Shown piece after piece: positions 1 to 15,502 of a DNA stretch of 64,000 bases. Every line of letters starts with the position of its first letter. The stretch's first letter is position 1. Source of the stretch: Octopus sinensis (taxonomy: Eukaryota); NCBI RefSeq assembly GCF_006345805.1, contig NC_043015.1:22878001-22942000 (forward strand). The letters are read 5' to 3'. The notes beneath the pieces are model-generated. The model worked only from the letters and a program-made list of their open reading frames with translations, was not told the DNA's origin and made no database searches. A program made the translations under genes and the position numbers.

Positions 1-32
<32 letters not shown>

Positions 33-1033
33 TAATATATATATAATATACGCATGTGTGTGTATGTGCATAGGTAGATTGTTAGGTTGCTCACTTCTGC
101 ATCACATATCCGGTTCAGTCCGATCCGCACCAGATTGGGTGTCATCTACAGTAGCCATGTATCAGCAAATTCCATGTGAGTGACTTTGTTAGTAAATAAT
201 TGTGTAGGATGCCGTTCTGTATACATGAGTGCGTGTGTTTCATTTTAGGAGATTTTGTTTCCACCAGAATTACCACAACCTCATGTTGACAACATCACTG
301 TAACTGTCGTCAAAAGAAAACGGAAAAATTAGTAGAAAAGTATTAAAAAAGTAAGTAATAAGTACTAGCGTCCATCTGATCAACGACGAACCTTTCAAGC
401 CTCTGCTCTAAACTGGCAGCAAATTATTGACCGAAACAAATATAAATTTAATGATAAAACATAGAAAGATATGTAGATTTACACACATACACACACGTAC
501 ACACACATACACTCTCTCTATGACACACACACATACACACACACTCACAATCACGTATACATAGTCGTATAGTTCTGTTTTGCTCAAGTGAAATACAGAA
601 ACAAATGTGTGTGTAAATGTTTGAAAACTCAGAGATAAAAACAAAACGATATCTCTGTTATTCGATATACACCTAAATATACATAAAAACAACCACACGT
701 AGAAGAAAAGGCTTTGGCTGAAAAGTTAGTGAATACATCAGAGTTGTATAGGGAAAGAGCCTGACACGCCAGTTAATTAAGTCTTTCGTTCATTAATTAA
801 CAATAAAAACTTAACTATATCCATTGCGTGTGTTTTATTTGGAGAATGAACATACTGAAATGACTTTTTCAACACACGGATTCACATGAAGTACCTTGGA
901 AATGAAATACAAAAATAAATACATAAATATGTATGCATACATCCTTCAATATATATAATATATATATATAATATATATATATACATACATATATAGAGAT
1001 ACATAGCTATAGAGATTTATACATGTTTGTATG

Positions 1034-1066
<33 letters not shown>

Positions 1067-1112
1067 GCATACATATATAAAGATACATAAATATACATAT
1101 TCATACAAGTTT

Positions 1113-1170
<58 letters not shown>

Positions 1171-1748
1171 ATTGTCCTGCGTTGATAGCGTGACACTGTA
1201 CAGTGTTAACATTGTTAGGATTACATTTAATTATATACTATTAATTATGTGTTTGATAATGAATCGATATAAATTCATTGGCATTATTTTAATTAATTAA
1301 TTAATTAAAGTACCTAATTATATAGCCATTGGTAATTAACTTTCTTTGAAGTAGTAATAATTTGATATGATCAGCAAATATTTTTTTTCTTATTATCACA
1401 GTCTTCATTAACCCCGCGAATTTTCATTTGTTTGTGTTGGATTTTAGACATTCAGATCTTAATCTATTTAAGTGTCATAGAAAGATGCATACTAAGAACA
1501 TTGATGTATAATAGCGTTCACATATCCTCACAAGCGAACACTGACGAATATATACATTTATACAGATCTAACTCTGTGTACACGCATAACTGAAATATTA
1601 CGTTGTAGTGACAAAAATGAAATCAACTTCACTTGATAGGAACTGAAGAGTCAGAATCAAAACTAAAGACTGAAGACTATTTCGTTGTGCAATCTAGTTT
1701 ATGTTGTACTATTTAACTCCAACTTCTATATACATAAAGAGAGATATG

Positions 1749-1834
<86 letters not shown>

Positions 1835-2589
1835 GATAATAACTCAGTCCATAACACTTGCAGCAGAGACACAGACTTTGTTAATTCAAGAAGAAACAAA
1901 CCACTTTAACGCTAGTGTACGGTGAATTATTGGGGACAGGAAGCTATTGAGGGAGACAATTCCTGTATACGCCTCCAAAAATCCAAGTTACACATGTTAC
2001 TATATCAATGTACATAACTGTAGATAAATTTTATTTCTTCTAAAAAGCGTATATGACGTGAAATATTTACCTTTACGTACTGAGCTCAACCGCATTTAAG
2101 TAGATTAAACGAATAGATTGACGTTCGTTTAAAATCATTTAGCAAATAAGACGCTAAGACTGCAATTAGTGTAGGGATGCTTATACATGTAGTGTATATT
2201 ACTGCTGAATATTGAGTTAATTACGTGTCAATTTGTTAGGGAAATGGAAAAACACAAAGCTCATTGAATATATTACGGCAGCATATATTATATTGGTGTG
2301 CATCTGAAGACAACGGACAAAAATGAGAAATGAAATATTGATAAATTACCTATATAAATCAATAATTTATTCTGATTTAAGCTTATAAGTGTTTATATCA
2401 AGCCATCTAAGTTATAGAACGCAAATTTCAATGGACTATTTTCATATATCTGTGTGTATGTTTATATATCCTTGAACATATATTTTCATTCTTCTGAACG
2501 CTTATATATATATATATTGCAAGAAACAAAACTTGTACAGTTATTGTACATTCACGACCATTTACACATGTGGAAGTTGTCTGAATGAT

Positions 2590-3085
2590 GGTTTCCCCGA
2601 AAGCTAACAGCTATTCAGAAGCAGGAATGATGCAATTGCTCCCAGGCACTTTTGTTAATGTGCCAACAAAATGATGAGGACTTTTACGAGCAAACGTATA
2701 ACACAGGATGAAACATTGGTCCATCAGTATGATTGTGCGACTTAAATTTAGTCGAAGTAATTTGAGCATAACTCACCACCTCCATAAAGGTAAGGTGTTG
2801 CTCAGTCTTTGGAGTAGTGATGATGCATTTTCTGGCAAAAGGTACTACAATTAACGGGGTATAATATGCTTCTTCGCTGCAAAAATTGCGGGAAGCAATC
2901 ACAGTAGAGAGGTGTGGCATGTTGACCAAAGTTGTTCGCTTTCCCAGTGAAAAATGCCCCAGTTCATATTGCGCATGTTGCTTAGATAAAAGCCCACTCC
3001 TGCGAGTATGAAATCCTTCCTCATCTCCCTGAATCTCCCGCACTGCACCATCTGACTTCCATCTCTCAAATATCTCAAACATCTC
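2590..3085 (+). pseudogene. Decayed mariner (DD34D) transposase fragment
   Basis: Plus-strand translation across stops and frameshifts gives WFPRKLTAIQKQ (WVPRxL motif), RITQDETLVHQYD, KGKVLLSLW, KGTTINGV*YASSLQKLREAI, KNAPVHIAHVA and YEILPHLPESPALAPSDFHL. The track ORFs 2684..3082(-) and 2899..3096(-) are antisense shadows. No TIRs found. Confidence 0.8.
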
Positions 3086-3390
3086 AATCCTCTCAAGTCT
3101 TATAAATTATTATAGGAAAAAACTCAAAGTCTTACAGTTGTTTCTGGGTTATTTCAGAGTATGGGATATTCCGTAATCAGGGCGCAATAGAGGAAAATTA
3201 GAAGGGTATAGATTAAGGAAATGATGACATAGTTGACAGGAGAAAAGGAATAAGGAGAGGAAGTGAGAGAGCGAGAGAGAGAGAGAGGGAGAGAGAGAGA
3301 GAGAGAAAGACAATTCATAAATGTTCACAGTTCAACTTTCGAGTGTTGCAGAAATAAATGCATAAGTTTTAGATGTAATCATTCTTAGAC

Positions 3391-3442
<52 letters not shown>

Positions 3443-4156
3443 AATAAAAATTCAATGGAGGACATTAAAACATTCGGAAAGTTAGAGAATACAAAGGCAG
3501 GCAAGAGAAACAACAACGAGAAGCAAAAGAAAACGGGTCGTTTGTGGATTTCTTTCCTCACGTCCCAGATGTCATGTCCCAGATGTCATGACCATTTCGC
3601 GCAGTTACACTTGAGATGTTTAGATCTGGTTGCCCGCAAAAAGTCTAAGCATTAGACTCCATTGTAAGAAAGGTAGCGAATGTGTACAGCAACAAAGACA
3701 AAAAACAAACAAACAAAAAACGGTGAACATGGTATACAATCACGAATAGAAACAAGAAATAACAACAGTTGTCTTTCGATTGAGAACGAATGAAATTGCG
3801 CTGCTGTGTATGAAGTGAATGGCTAAAGGCAAGAGCATAGGAGATGAATATAAGAGGTGTTGGCAGTCAACTTTCAGACTAAGAAAGAAAGACCATGGCT
3901 GGCCGGACACTGGTCAAGTGGAAGGAGAAGAAATGGGTAGGAGGTAGCGGGATTGAATGATTAGAAAAAAAATCAGAGACAAAGAGAAAGTTACGGGGGA
4001 GATAAACAATTGGGAAATAGTGGGAGTTAAAGAAAGGGAGGGTCAAGGAATGAGAGAGAGGGGGAACGAGTAAAAGGAAGAAAAAATGAGAGGGGGAATA
4101 AAAGATAGAGTAAGGGTCCTACAAAATTTAGTTACATATCTACTATAAAGTGAGCA

Positions 4157-4186
4157 CGATAGATAGATAGATTGATAGATAGATAA

Positions 4187-4259
<73 letters not shown>

Positions 4260-4266
4260 GATATAG
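4157..4266. repeat. (GATA)n microsatellite
   Basis: Direct reading. It produces the spurious IYLS-repeat ORFs. Confidence 0.95.
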
Positions 4267-5293
4267 ATGTATACATACATGTATACATATATACATATAT
4301 ACTTACATATATACATACATATATACATACATATACACGTAACATACTGATTTTTGTCTTAATTGATGTCGATCATCTCTGAAGAAGAGCTACCTCTTTT
4401 ATTTACTCTTCGAATTTATTTCGAGCATTTTATTGTATATAACTCCCTTAGAATAGTCTTGTCTGTATATTTTAACCACATCTTCAATGAGATTTTGTTC
4501 ATTAACTGTACTGATAATCTTAGTTCATCGACTATTTTATATTTTATGTATTACATAGATTAAACTCCTTTGAAAATAATTTGTTTTGCATAGGGTGTGA
4601 TTTGAGCAATAGGAAAGTAACCGGGACAGAGAAATGATAAAGTTAATCAATTGCAATACATAACATACAGTGTTCAAAGGATAAGGATTCTGAAGAGAAT
4701 TCCATAATTTATTGTTCCAGGGTCAGTAAAATAACAAGCTAGTAAACAATAGAGAACCAATATCCGCATACGTAATGCAATGTGCCAAATGTGATTTCTA
4801 CTGCGTGTTAGATAAATCAGAAAAGTTCAGGAAATAATGACCGTCGCTCTCTTTTATACAATGTCTAGTGGAGCCCACTGTCATCAAGTCTGGAATATTT
4901 GTACTAAAAATGTAAAAAGACGGATTAAAGACACAGTAAAATAACGACAATAACAATAATAATAATAATAATGATTATTATCTGGTGATGCTTTGGCACG
5001 TGCACATTTTCGGTTTGTTAATCAAATAACGCCAAGAATCTATCTCATTTGCGGTAGCGATCAAGTCTAAAAAGTGTTCTGTGCCTGCAATTATCATTAG
5101 GAAAATCTACGTGAGTTGTCATTTGGCAAAAAGAAAGCTTAGACATACATCCATATTTATATGTATATGTATATATATACATACATATATAATCATTTAC
5201 ATTTGCATACATATGTATATGTAAATTTATATACTTATTTATATATTATATCTATCTATCTATATATATATATATGTATTTGTAAACGCATAC

Positions 5294-5315
5294 TTCTACT
5301 ACTACTACTGCTACA

Positions 5316-5395
<80 letters not shown>

Positions 5396-5420
5396 AACTA
5401 ATAATAATAATAATAATAAC
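5294..5420. repeat. Compound (CTA)n-(TAA)n microsatellite
   Basis: Direct reading. Source of the poly-L and poly-S ORFs. Confidence 0.95.
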
Positions 5421-5490
5421 AATAAAACCTATATATATATATACATATTTATATATATATATACACATATATATATATATATATATAATA

Positions 5491-5539
<49 letters not shown>

Positions 5540-5783
5540 ATATATATATATATTTGCATACCAATTTATGTGCATAGGTGTTACAAAGAATGCGAAGCTT
5601 CAATTAGAATAAAAAGACGATGTATCTTGAAAATACTGGTGATGATTATAATGATGTTGAGGGTGAAATTCATGATAACAATAATGAAAATAATAACAAA
5701 AAGAAGAAAAGAAGGAAAGTAGAAGCAGAATAATAATGGCAACATCAACAACAATAGCAACAGCAACACTAACCATGATAATA

Positions 5784-5851
<68 letters not shown>

Positions 5852-6306
5852 ACAACAATAATGATATTAATAATAATAACAATGATAATAATAATAACAT
5901 AATTCACTGAAAGTAAATCGAATAGCGTAAAGACAATTGTAGCTGGATAAAGAATGATTTTTTGACATTTTCCATTTCTTTTTAACCTATATTTCATGCT
6001 ATCCTCCAATTAAGAGCAGAAACATTGAAAACAGAAATGAATTTCATTTGACCCATTTAAGATTTTAGTTTCGCCTAAAATGTGTTTTGTTTATTTACCG
6101 CTGAGCAGGAACGTCATTAAGAAACAATCAATATTTTCAAGCTATTTATTTCTGAAGGTGTTTCCTTCCGAAACATACAAACGTGAACGCTGCACATTCA
6201 AGAATATACAACGCACTCACACTCATGCACAAATACACACAAAGCTCCAAGAACACATTCAAACGCTCACGCATGCTCACACATATATATATATATATAC
6301 ATATGC

Positions 6307-6339
<33 letters not shown>

Positions 6340-6514
6340 TGTATATGTTTATATATATACATATATATATACACATATATATACACCTTAAATTTATATA
6401 TATATTATATACATATATATATACACATATATATATATATGTATATATACATGACTGTATGTATAGATACATATATACATATATGTATATGTATATATAC
6501 ACACACACACACAC

Positions 6515-6591
<77 letters not shown>

Positions 6592-7039
6592 ATATATATA
6601 TACATACGCGTGTGTATGTGTGTGTGTGTGTATGCATACAAAACATGATGCAACTGCATGCGTTTCGCGTAGAATTGAATGTTTAAAACCACTTAACCAA
6701 TATAATCTTAGAATTCTGAAAAACATATACTGCATGATATCTCTTTAAATCTTTAATGAGTGATTATATTTGTTGCTATATCGTTGATGAATTATTTCAT
6801 TTGATCAATTATAGATAATTGATGAGATTTTCGTAAATGACATATGTGCCTCACGAAGTAGAATTTTTATCACAATGTTTTTTTAAATATGGTTATTGTC
6901 ACTGTAGATGTCACTGAATATAGGAAACACATACCAGGAAACACTCATTTGCATAGGAATATGGACGATTTTATATATCATATTTGATACACACACAGAG
7001 AGATATAAAGAATTTGGAGGAGCTTTCTATTCCTATATA

Positions 7040-7960
7040 TGAACGTCTTGTGACTCTACGATTGCACGTGAAATGTGGGAGGTTTGCAACATTAATAAGT
7101 ACCTATAGAGACACTTTGACTAGTTCTGACGAAGATAAAATAATATTTTTATATCCAGCTGAGAGCCATATTTAGGAAAAACCCATTTCTGGTAAAGTTA
7201 TTCGATTGGGTGATTTCAATGCCAGAGTTGGAACAAACTGGCAAATATGTAACTCTCTAGGACGTTTTGGTGTGGGGAAAATGAATAGCAATGGTCTGAT
7301 GCTGATGGAGCTTTGCGATGAACACGTACTTTGCCTCGCAAGCACTCATTTTTATGCACAAAGGTGATCACAAAACAACGTGGATGCATCCAAAGTTTAA
7401 AGTTTGTCATTTGCTGAATTGTCATCATCCGCAACTATGGCATCAATGGCATTTGTAATGTCAAGTCCTTTCATGGTTCGGAATGCTGGACAGACCACAG
7501 TCTTGTTCGAGCAAACTTCCGGATGATAAGTGGAGTGAAATAGAGAAGAAGGCCAATTGGCATTTCTCAGTGTTTTAATGTGTCCACAAGATATGTGAAG
7601 CTGTGTTGAGGAGGGTGCTTCAGACCCGCTTGTCCAGCATTGAAAATACTACAGTATATGAAAATTTTCTCCACTGTGATGCTGAAACACTTGGATATGC
7701 TACAGCCAGACTCAGAGACTGGTTTTATGAAAAAGATGCTTAAGTCCAGCCACTATTGGTTGTAAAGCCCACAATGTATTTCTGCACAAAGGACTTTCAG
7801 CTGTACAGCTAAATCTAGCACTAACCCACTATACTGCAGCAATTTCTCAGGAAGATGCAGAACACTCAGTGGGAGGATGTTGCTTGTGATGTTCAGGCTG
7901 CTGGACATTTTCCCACTCTTCTTAACATGAAGCCAATGGCAGCCTTAATTCACAAAGAAA
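7040..7960 (+). mobile_element. RTE-clade LINE remnant, APE endonuclease region
   Basis: Broken translation gives RFATLISTYRDTLTSSDEDK, LGDFNARVGTNW, GRFGVGKMNSNGLMLMELC, HKTTWMHPK and ECWTDHSLVRA, all typical RTE/BovB-type endonuclease motifs. Many stops and frameshifts. Confidence 0.85.
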
Positions 7961-8042
7961 GAAATTATTTATCTACCAATGCATTGTTGAGCACTCATTC
8001 CAACGTTTTCCTTGTACATATGTGTGTGGCTATACACACAGA

Positions 8043-8144
<102 letters not shown>

Positions 8145-8859
8145 TAGCATCAGAGCTAAGCGGTGGTGGAAATAGTCGAAATTTAGGTTATTTACAACTT
8201 GTTTGTGACATATTTTAACTTATAGAGGCAAATTCATTATCGTTACCGCGCAGAAAATAATCTTTCTTCTGGCTTATTATAAAAGGCACGATACCTATGA
8301 TAACAACACCAAGCATTTATTATGAAGAAACAAAATTTAGATCAATCCAATTACATTTTCTGACACGGTAATTGTCGTGAATTTTCTTTAGAAAGTAAAC
8401 TATATTACAGACCTATTTTAATTAACACAAAGTCATACTAACACACACACACACATTCTCACACAGGCACATACATTCACTCACATGCATATAGAGATAA
8501 TGATGCAAATAACCAGATAAAATCGCTGACGATAGATATATGAAATATACATTCACATATACTAATAAATATAAAGAAATGCAAAACTGAAACCTGTAGA
8601 CGGAATCCGGTAATGCCTAATGTTCATATGCTGCCAATACTGGTTGCATATCTGGCTTTTCGCGAACTACTTCTAACAAATTGACGTCGGACCTGGAATA
8701 CACTGCTTCCTCTCCTCCATTTTTAGCGTCTTTGTAGTTTATATAAATCTGTTCTTTTAGTATAAAAAATATTCAAGCATAACAGTTCATTGTCTGACTA
8801 TTTTCAGTCTTTGCTTTCTCTCTATTTACATGTATGTATATCTTGTATACCTATCCCAA

Positions 8860-9960
8860 GCGAGTTTATTTGTTTATTTGCAGCATTATCTTCATATCCG
8901 CTCAACTATGTTCCCCTTATAGCCCTTTCTTTACCTTCTTCGTAGTTTTCAGAAGCCTAATTTCTCGACATTGGTATTTAGGCAATTTGTTACATATCCC
9001 AGGGCACTAACAGTTACAGGTATAAACCGGAACTTTTAATCTGGATAGAGTAACTGCAGATTTCACAATAGTTCAGCATAGGTGTTCTCATTTTCATTGA
9101 GCTTCAGCTTTAGTATAACATCAGCTGGACAGCTAATTTCCACAATTGTGCACAGTTTCTCTTCTCCATCCCAAATCATTATATCAGGTCTGTTCTGCTT
9201 ACATGTTATTGAGGTCTTCACTGATACATTCAACCTATAGTCCATTTTATTATTAGTGCCTGTGGCTTCTGTCATATTGTGGATTCTTATTTATTTTCCT
9301 CAGGATTATCCTTCCAACGGATTTCATTATAGAGTGTCCTAGCTACAACATCATGTAGCATCGGTAGATAATACTGTGATGACATTTTCAGACAACTGCT
9401 TATGATATGCATGGTATCTACAGTCATAATTTTGCGGTTTTTCCTGCATCTCAATCACTTTTGTGCATCAGGTACTTGGTTGATATTTCCTGTTCCTGGA
9501 TTGCAAACCTTATATTTTCTGCCTTACCTCTGATATCGTGTTTCACCAATTTAATAATTGAAGTTTTACTGGTTAAGTCATTAAATTGCATTACGTTCTC
9601 ATACAAAAGATTAAACATCCCATGAAACGGCATCTTGTTCTGGTATCAGGCTTGAAAGTTCAAGATTTTCAGGGAGTGAAGAGATACTCCATGTTTACGA
9701 CTACTCACATATAGATTCCGACCCGTGTGGTCGGTGCCAGGGGCCTCTAATTATGGATTTATTGGCAGATTATGTTTTAGTGAACAAGGCATACAGTTCT
9801 CTTTCGAAGCGATTACGCATTATACAACGCTTTGGTTACCAATCGGTCAACTTATCTTGACGTTACGTTGACAAATCCCCTTCCCTGGAAGAGTTAAATA
9901 TTGTAGGTGCTTCAAGACATTTGGTGGTTATCACAGTAAGTTCCAAACAATCTGTCAACG
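8860..9960 (-). mobile_element. R4/Dong-clade LINE 3' remnant with restriction-like endonuclease (RLE), decayed
   Basis: Minus-strand pieces read KMPFHGMF, AENIRFAIQEQEISTKYL, LHDVVARTLYN, KQNRPDIMIWDGEEKLCTIVEISCPAD and LQLLYPD*KFRFIPVTVSALGYV. Confidence 0.8.
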
Positions 9961-12106
9961 GGAATCCGCTACAATATATTCCCCAAGAAATGTCATGAAT
10001 CTTCAGACTTTATCATGATCGCTGCCACTGTAAATGTCACGCTGGAGGAGGAGGAGAGGAAAGATGGAGAAACAAAGAGAGAGAGAGAGAGAGAGAGAGA
10101 AAAAAAAACATGGGGAGAGAGAGACCAATGACTATGAGTGAGAGATCGTATTAAAGGAAAATATGTGAAGTACTATCACCAAAATAAGTCAGTTTCGCCT
10201 AAAGAATTAGTGATTATATATATTTTATAGTTATATGTGCATCGAAGAAAACTGTTATTTACATTTCAAACACTAAACACTCCGATATGTAATCTTAAAA
10301 GAAAGAAAAAATATATACAAAAACATATCATTTTTATTACTTTTTTATTACTTAATTTCTGTCTGATGCTGCATTTTGGTCGAAGTCGATTTCCAACGTC
10401 CAGATAATTAGCAAATTATTGGTAAACTGGTATTTAATGCAGCGGCCTTGGTGCTATGAAATGCAAATTCAAACTAGTGTGTGCTTTAATGAAGGCTATT
10501 TTAACATCCAAGTGTAGCAATCATGCTTAAATCTATAGACACTATGTCATATACCTATAATCGATATTATATCGGCATGACTTGAATAGCGTTTAATTAA
10601 GTTTCATTCAAATTACTTCCAGGTATCCAGCCAACAAGGGATCCCCTCCAGGGGCTTAAAAGTACAATAAGCGATATTTCCGCCGAAAGTTACATCCTAC
10701 TATCTTAAACAAATGTTATATTTGCTGATAGACATGAAAAATCGCAGATGGCAGCTCGCATATGTGTCGTTTATAAGCATATGTCTACTGAAGAAACAGA
10801 TGTTAATTCTGGAGTTAATTCTGGAGTTCTGCAAAAAGATGTAAAAAAAAATAAAGAGGAAAGAAAAAGAGATCTGTAAGGAATGTTGGTTATCTTATGG
10901 CTGTGTTGCTTAGAAATAAAAGCAAGACTTTGGCAAGGTACTTCATAACGTCTCGGCTCGACTAAGTATTCGGAAATTCTACAAAAGGAAATGTATTGAA
11001 TTACGTCGTGGGACAAATTTGTTTTATCGTGTTAGTCATCCAGTTTAACGTCACTAGTTAGGTTTTGTATAGCTATCAGAGTTTTGTGAGACCTAAGCAT
11101 TTAGAAAATTTGTCTGAAGACAATTGCTTTTCCTGGTTCTCCTAGCTTAACTACTTGTCATAAATCTTCTAATTAATTAAAATTTCGAATTTTATTCGAG
11201 TTAAAACTATTAAATATAGTATTGATGCATGCACTGTAATTTGAAGGAAGCGTAGGAAAAATTTAATATTCCGGTTTAGAATGATGTTTGGTATACTTTG
11301 CAAAGATAGAAGCAAATTTTATATTCACTAAAGTCGACACAATTATCGATCGAATTTCTTCCCCTCCCAGTCTTAAAGATAGAGTTGCAGAAATGTTATA
11401 TATAAATAAGAATCTTCTGAAATTTGATTATGGTGACATATGTAAATTATTCCGAAACACGATGGAAAATATCGAGATATCTATTTGCACAAAGGGTCAG
11501 AAAGGTATGGTATTGATGCCCCGTTATCAAGAGTGTTATACATCGTGAAAGGTATCTTCAAGTTGGATCCTCAAAGACATAACACAGCCGTTGAGACCAG
11601 TCAGCACTATATGATGTTCGCAGTGCATCGAAGGTTAGCAGAGAATAGTATTAAAAGAATTCTAACGTAAATCGGTGGTGAAAGGTTATCAAACACGTAT
11701 ACGAAATCACTAGTTCAAATATATCATATACTATGATTGATGCCGAAGGTGAAATAAAGAACTACACACATTTTTCTTGCGCGGATAATTAGATAAAGGT
11801 ATAAATATATATTCTACGAAAGATATGAAAATCTCCGGCTAACATAGATATTCTACGTCTATTGAAATTCGTTCATCTTGTTTTACGTTTCTCTCCATAA
11901 AATCTGACAAAGTTAAGCGACTATGTTTGTATGTATGAATGTATGTTTCCTTGAATTGACATACACTTCCAAAGAAGCATGAATTTAAGCATAGGTTTAT
12001 GGATACATGCATCTAATCTGCCTGAATACACACGCATACACACACATACACATTCATCTATCCATCAATCCATCAATCCATGTGCACATACATTAATATA
12101 TATGTG

Positions 12107-12110
12107 TCTG

Positions 12111-12163
<53 letters not shown>

Positions 12164-12168
12164 ATATA

Positions 12169-12212
<44 letters not shown>

Positions 12213-12238
12213 AACTATCTATCTATCTATCTATATAT

Positions 12239-12270
<32 letters not shown>

Positions 12271-12278
12271 ATATATAT

Positions 12279-12338
<60 letters not shown>
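12107..12338. repeat. Compound (TATC)n/(TA)n microsatellite
   Basis: Direct reading. Confidence 0.95.
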
Positions 12339-12342
<4 letters not shown>

Positions 12343-12447
12343 CATACATACAAACTTATACACACAGTTATATGAGTATGTATATCTTTAGATATTCCTG
12401 GGTGTTTATGAGTTTATGAGTATGATTATTATTTTTTCATTTTCATG

Positions 12448-12745
12448 CAAAGGGTAAAGCCCCGCTTCGGTCATGAATGACCTCGGGACTTTATTTGGAA
12501 AGTTCCGCTCTCAGGCCAAGTCCAGGTAAGGTTGATTATGGAAGCCCAGCAGTTACCCGTGCAAAGCAACCTTCCATCTCCATGCCATCGATAATGACCA
12601 AGGGAAAGGTAAGAGCAGATATAGCTTGTTACCAGTGACGTCACAACTCATTTTTACAGCTGCGTGAACAGCTGCTCAAGAACACAGTACACGGCTTAGT
12701 TGTGGATCGAACTCACTACCTTATGTTTGTGAACCCGACGCTCAA
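12448..12745 (-). mobile_element. tRNA-derived SINE, third family, degenerate
   Basis: The minus strand starts with a B-box-like GAGTTCGATCC, followed by GTGTTCTTGAGCA and a non-coding body ending CATTCATGACCGAAGCGGGG. Family name not verified. Confidence 0.6.
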
Positions 12746-12944
12746 ATTATCGTTTAACATTTATATTGCCATAAAACGCTTCCATAGAATATTCCTTTGC
12801 AACCGTCCATGGTTACATAGAAAATCGTTTAAATTGTGTTCACACAAGAATAATGTTTGTCATGAAATCCAAGTTCACAAATAATCCTCACGTTATAATA
12901 CTAAGCACTGTCCACCTACATGTATCATTACCACACACACACAC

Positions 12945-13015
<71 letters not shown>

Positions 13016-13419
13016 GCATATATATACACCCATGGAGGTTAGCAAATTTTTGCTCCTTAGTGTCTAAACATTCGGATGAATATGAGAAATTAATATAATG
13101 AAGTATTGCATCGAAGCGTATGTAGTTGATCAATTGAACGTAAGGTATGTTCAAGAATTTGCTATTGAAATATTCCTCTTCTCTTCAGATGAATCTCATC
13201 GGGAAGGGAAGAAAATATGTTATGCTTTAGATACCAGGAATTAAAGGTGAGACTCTAAATAAATTAAATCACGAATTTATTAGAGATATGCTGCTATACG
13301 TATATGCAAATACATACATGCATAGATGGGCCCTCATATCTTTGTTGGAAACCGGCTCTCTCTTCAGTGGAAGATTTATGATAATTAAAAATATAGAAGT
13401 GACATGTATGCATACATAC

Positions 13420-13450
<31 letters not shown>

Positions 13451-13514
13451 AGAGAGTATGTTATGTATGCATCAAGATAGATAAATTGATAGCTAAATTT
13501 ACAGAATAGGAAAT

Positions 13515-13718
<204 letters not shown>

Positions 13719-14271
13719 GCAGTTGTAGTGGTGCAGAGATTTTAAACATTAATAGAAGACGAAAGTAAGATTTCGATAAATATCGTTTATTGAGGATTTC
13801 AATTCCCCTCAGGAATCCATCATGAATGATGGGGTATTGAAAATTTATCTCTTTTATACATTTTCGAGTGAGTTGGAAAACAGTCGAGTTCAAGTATTTT
13901 CTAGGGTTTTAGAAAAAAGAATGGTTATTTGGGAATGGATATTTGAAAGATTCTTTTTCCTTATAAATTAAGGTGTGCTTGTATGTAGGTGTGTGAAGCG
14001 AATTTTTAAATAAATCATATATGCAAAATTTTTGGAGGCATGCTTAGAAAAAGAAGAATAAAATAATAGAGCACAAATGAATAAAGAATATAAAGGGGTA
14101 TTTCTGGAGGTATTTGAAATGGTGACAGGCCAGACATTTTTTAAATAGCAATAAACTTACTCACAGAATGAATGAGAGGTTTTTGGTTAGCTGTTAAGTT
14201 GTTTAGATATAGAATCCACCAAATTGTTTAGAAGGCTTTTAAATGCATGTGTCTGAAAGTGCGTGTATGTG

Positions 14272-14309
<38 letters not shown>

Positions 14310-14519
14310 GGAAAGAGAAACTCTGTGTGTGTGAAAGAGTGTGTATGTGTATGAATGAGTATGTGTGTGAAAGGATGTGTTGCTTGGGCTAGATATAAGT
14401 TTTCCAATTAGTTTAGCAAAAGTAATAAGAACATCATTAACGATATCAAGTAATTGTTTGGTTTGATGAATTTAAAAAGAAATTTTATTAAATATTTTCT
14501 CATATTTTCATAAATATGT

Positions 14520-14965
14520 TTTTTTCCCTGTTAGTTTCTGAAGCAGTTTTCTAGAAAACGTATTTCTATTTCTTTCCTGTATTTCGGATCATACTTTAAG
14601 TAATTTTAGAATTGGAATGCCTTAAGTCTGTTGTTTCAACATATTTCTACATGCTTGTGAAATGAGGCCTTACATACTTCTGGTTGATTAACATGTTATC
14701 TAAGGATTCTTTCAACTTGGCAGATGGAATTACCAACTTCCTCAATATAAATCTCTGTATAATTGGGGCATAATCTAATATATGAAGTATATTAATCTAA
14801 TATATGCAGCATATTAGATTATAAGTTTTACAGTTCATGTTTACATTTATTTCGAAATGTAATAATGTTTTAAATTTTACATGAGGACCGATATCAAAAT
14901 ATTTCATAGTGATGTTGTCATTGCACTCACCACATCTATAGTCTCTGTTTTTCACGGTAAATTCA
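14520..14965 (-). mobile_element. Old Penelope-like element remnant (Zn linker plus GIY-YIG endonuclease)
   Basis: Minus-strand RCGEC...FEINVNMNCKTYNLI...CPNYTEIYIEEVGNS...NQPEVCK aligns by eye with RCGTC...NANMNCKSRNLIYCIKCPNCEEIYVGQTGNA...RDPEVCE of the 24-25 kb element. Confidence 0.6.
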
Positions 14966-15411
14966 AAATTATTCTATAATATAAATTCTGCCCATGTCAG
15001 TTATGTTACAGACTTTTTGGTTAACGTTTTGCTATTCTTTATGTTATTTGGGGAATTTGACAAAGTTTTGGTAGGTGTGTTTCTATTGCATTGAATATGT
15101 TCGTAAACATATTCACTTACGTATCTTTTGCTTAAAGGTACATCACACACACATACACAGACGCAAAGATTCAACATGGCCAAACAATATCTCAAATAAC
15201 CACACCTAAAGATGCTTATTTTCTCAAAGTAAATATAACAAATTGAAATCTTTTTTCAACTAATTCACATATCAAGCGATAAATTATCAACTCAAATTTC
15301 ATGATGGATCGCTGAAGACCATGGCAGAGCTAAATAAATAATAATCAACCAAAATTCTGAATAACTTCATTTATTAATGTATATATATATATATATATAT
15401 ATATACATACA

Positions 15412-15502
<91 letters not shown>

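Noticed and set aside
66-400. Possible very old SINE family A copy (GGTTCAGTCC…GTGAGTGACTTTG)
   Set aside because: Similarity is patchy and too weak to give boundaries without an alignment.
4370-4430. CTGAAGA followed by an AGAG/CTCT hairpin
   Set aside because: No GAAA in register and no stem I pairing, so not a hammerhead.
11288-11670. 86-aa and 61-aa ORFs with a SOCS-box-like PPSLKD
   Set aside because: Only a few residues match, with no recognisable domain or convincing splice sites.
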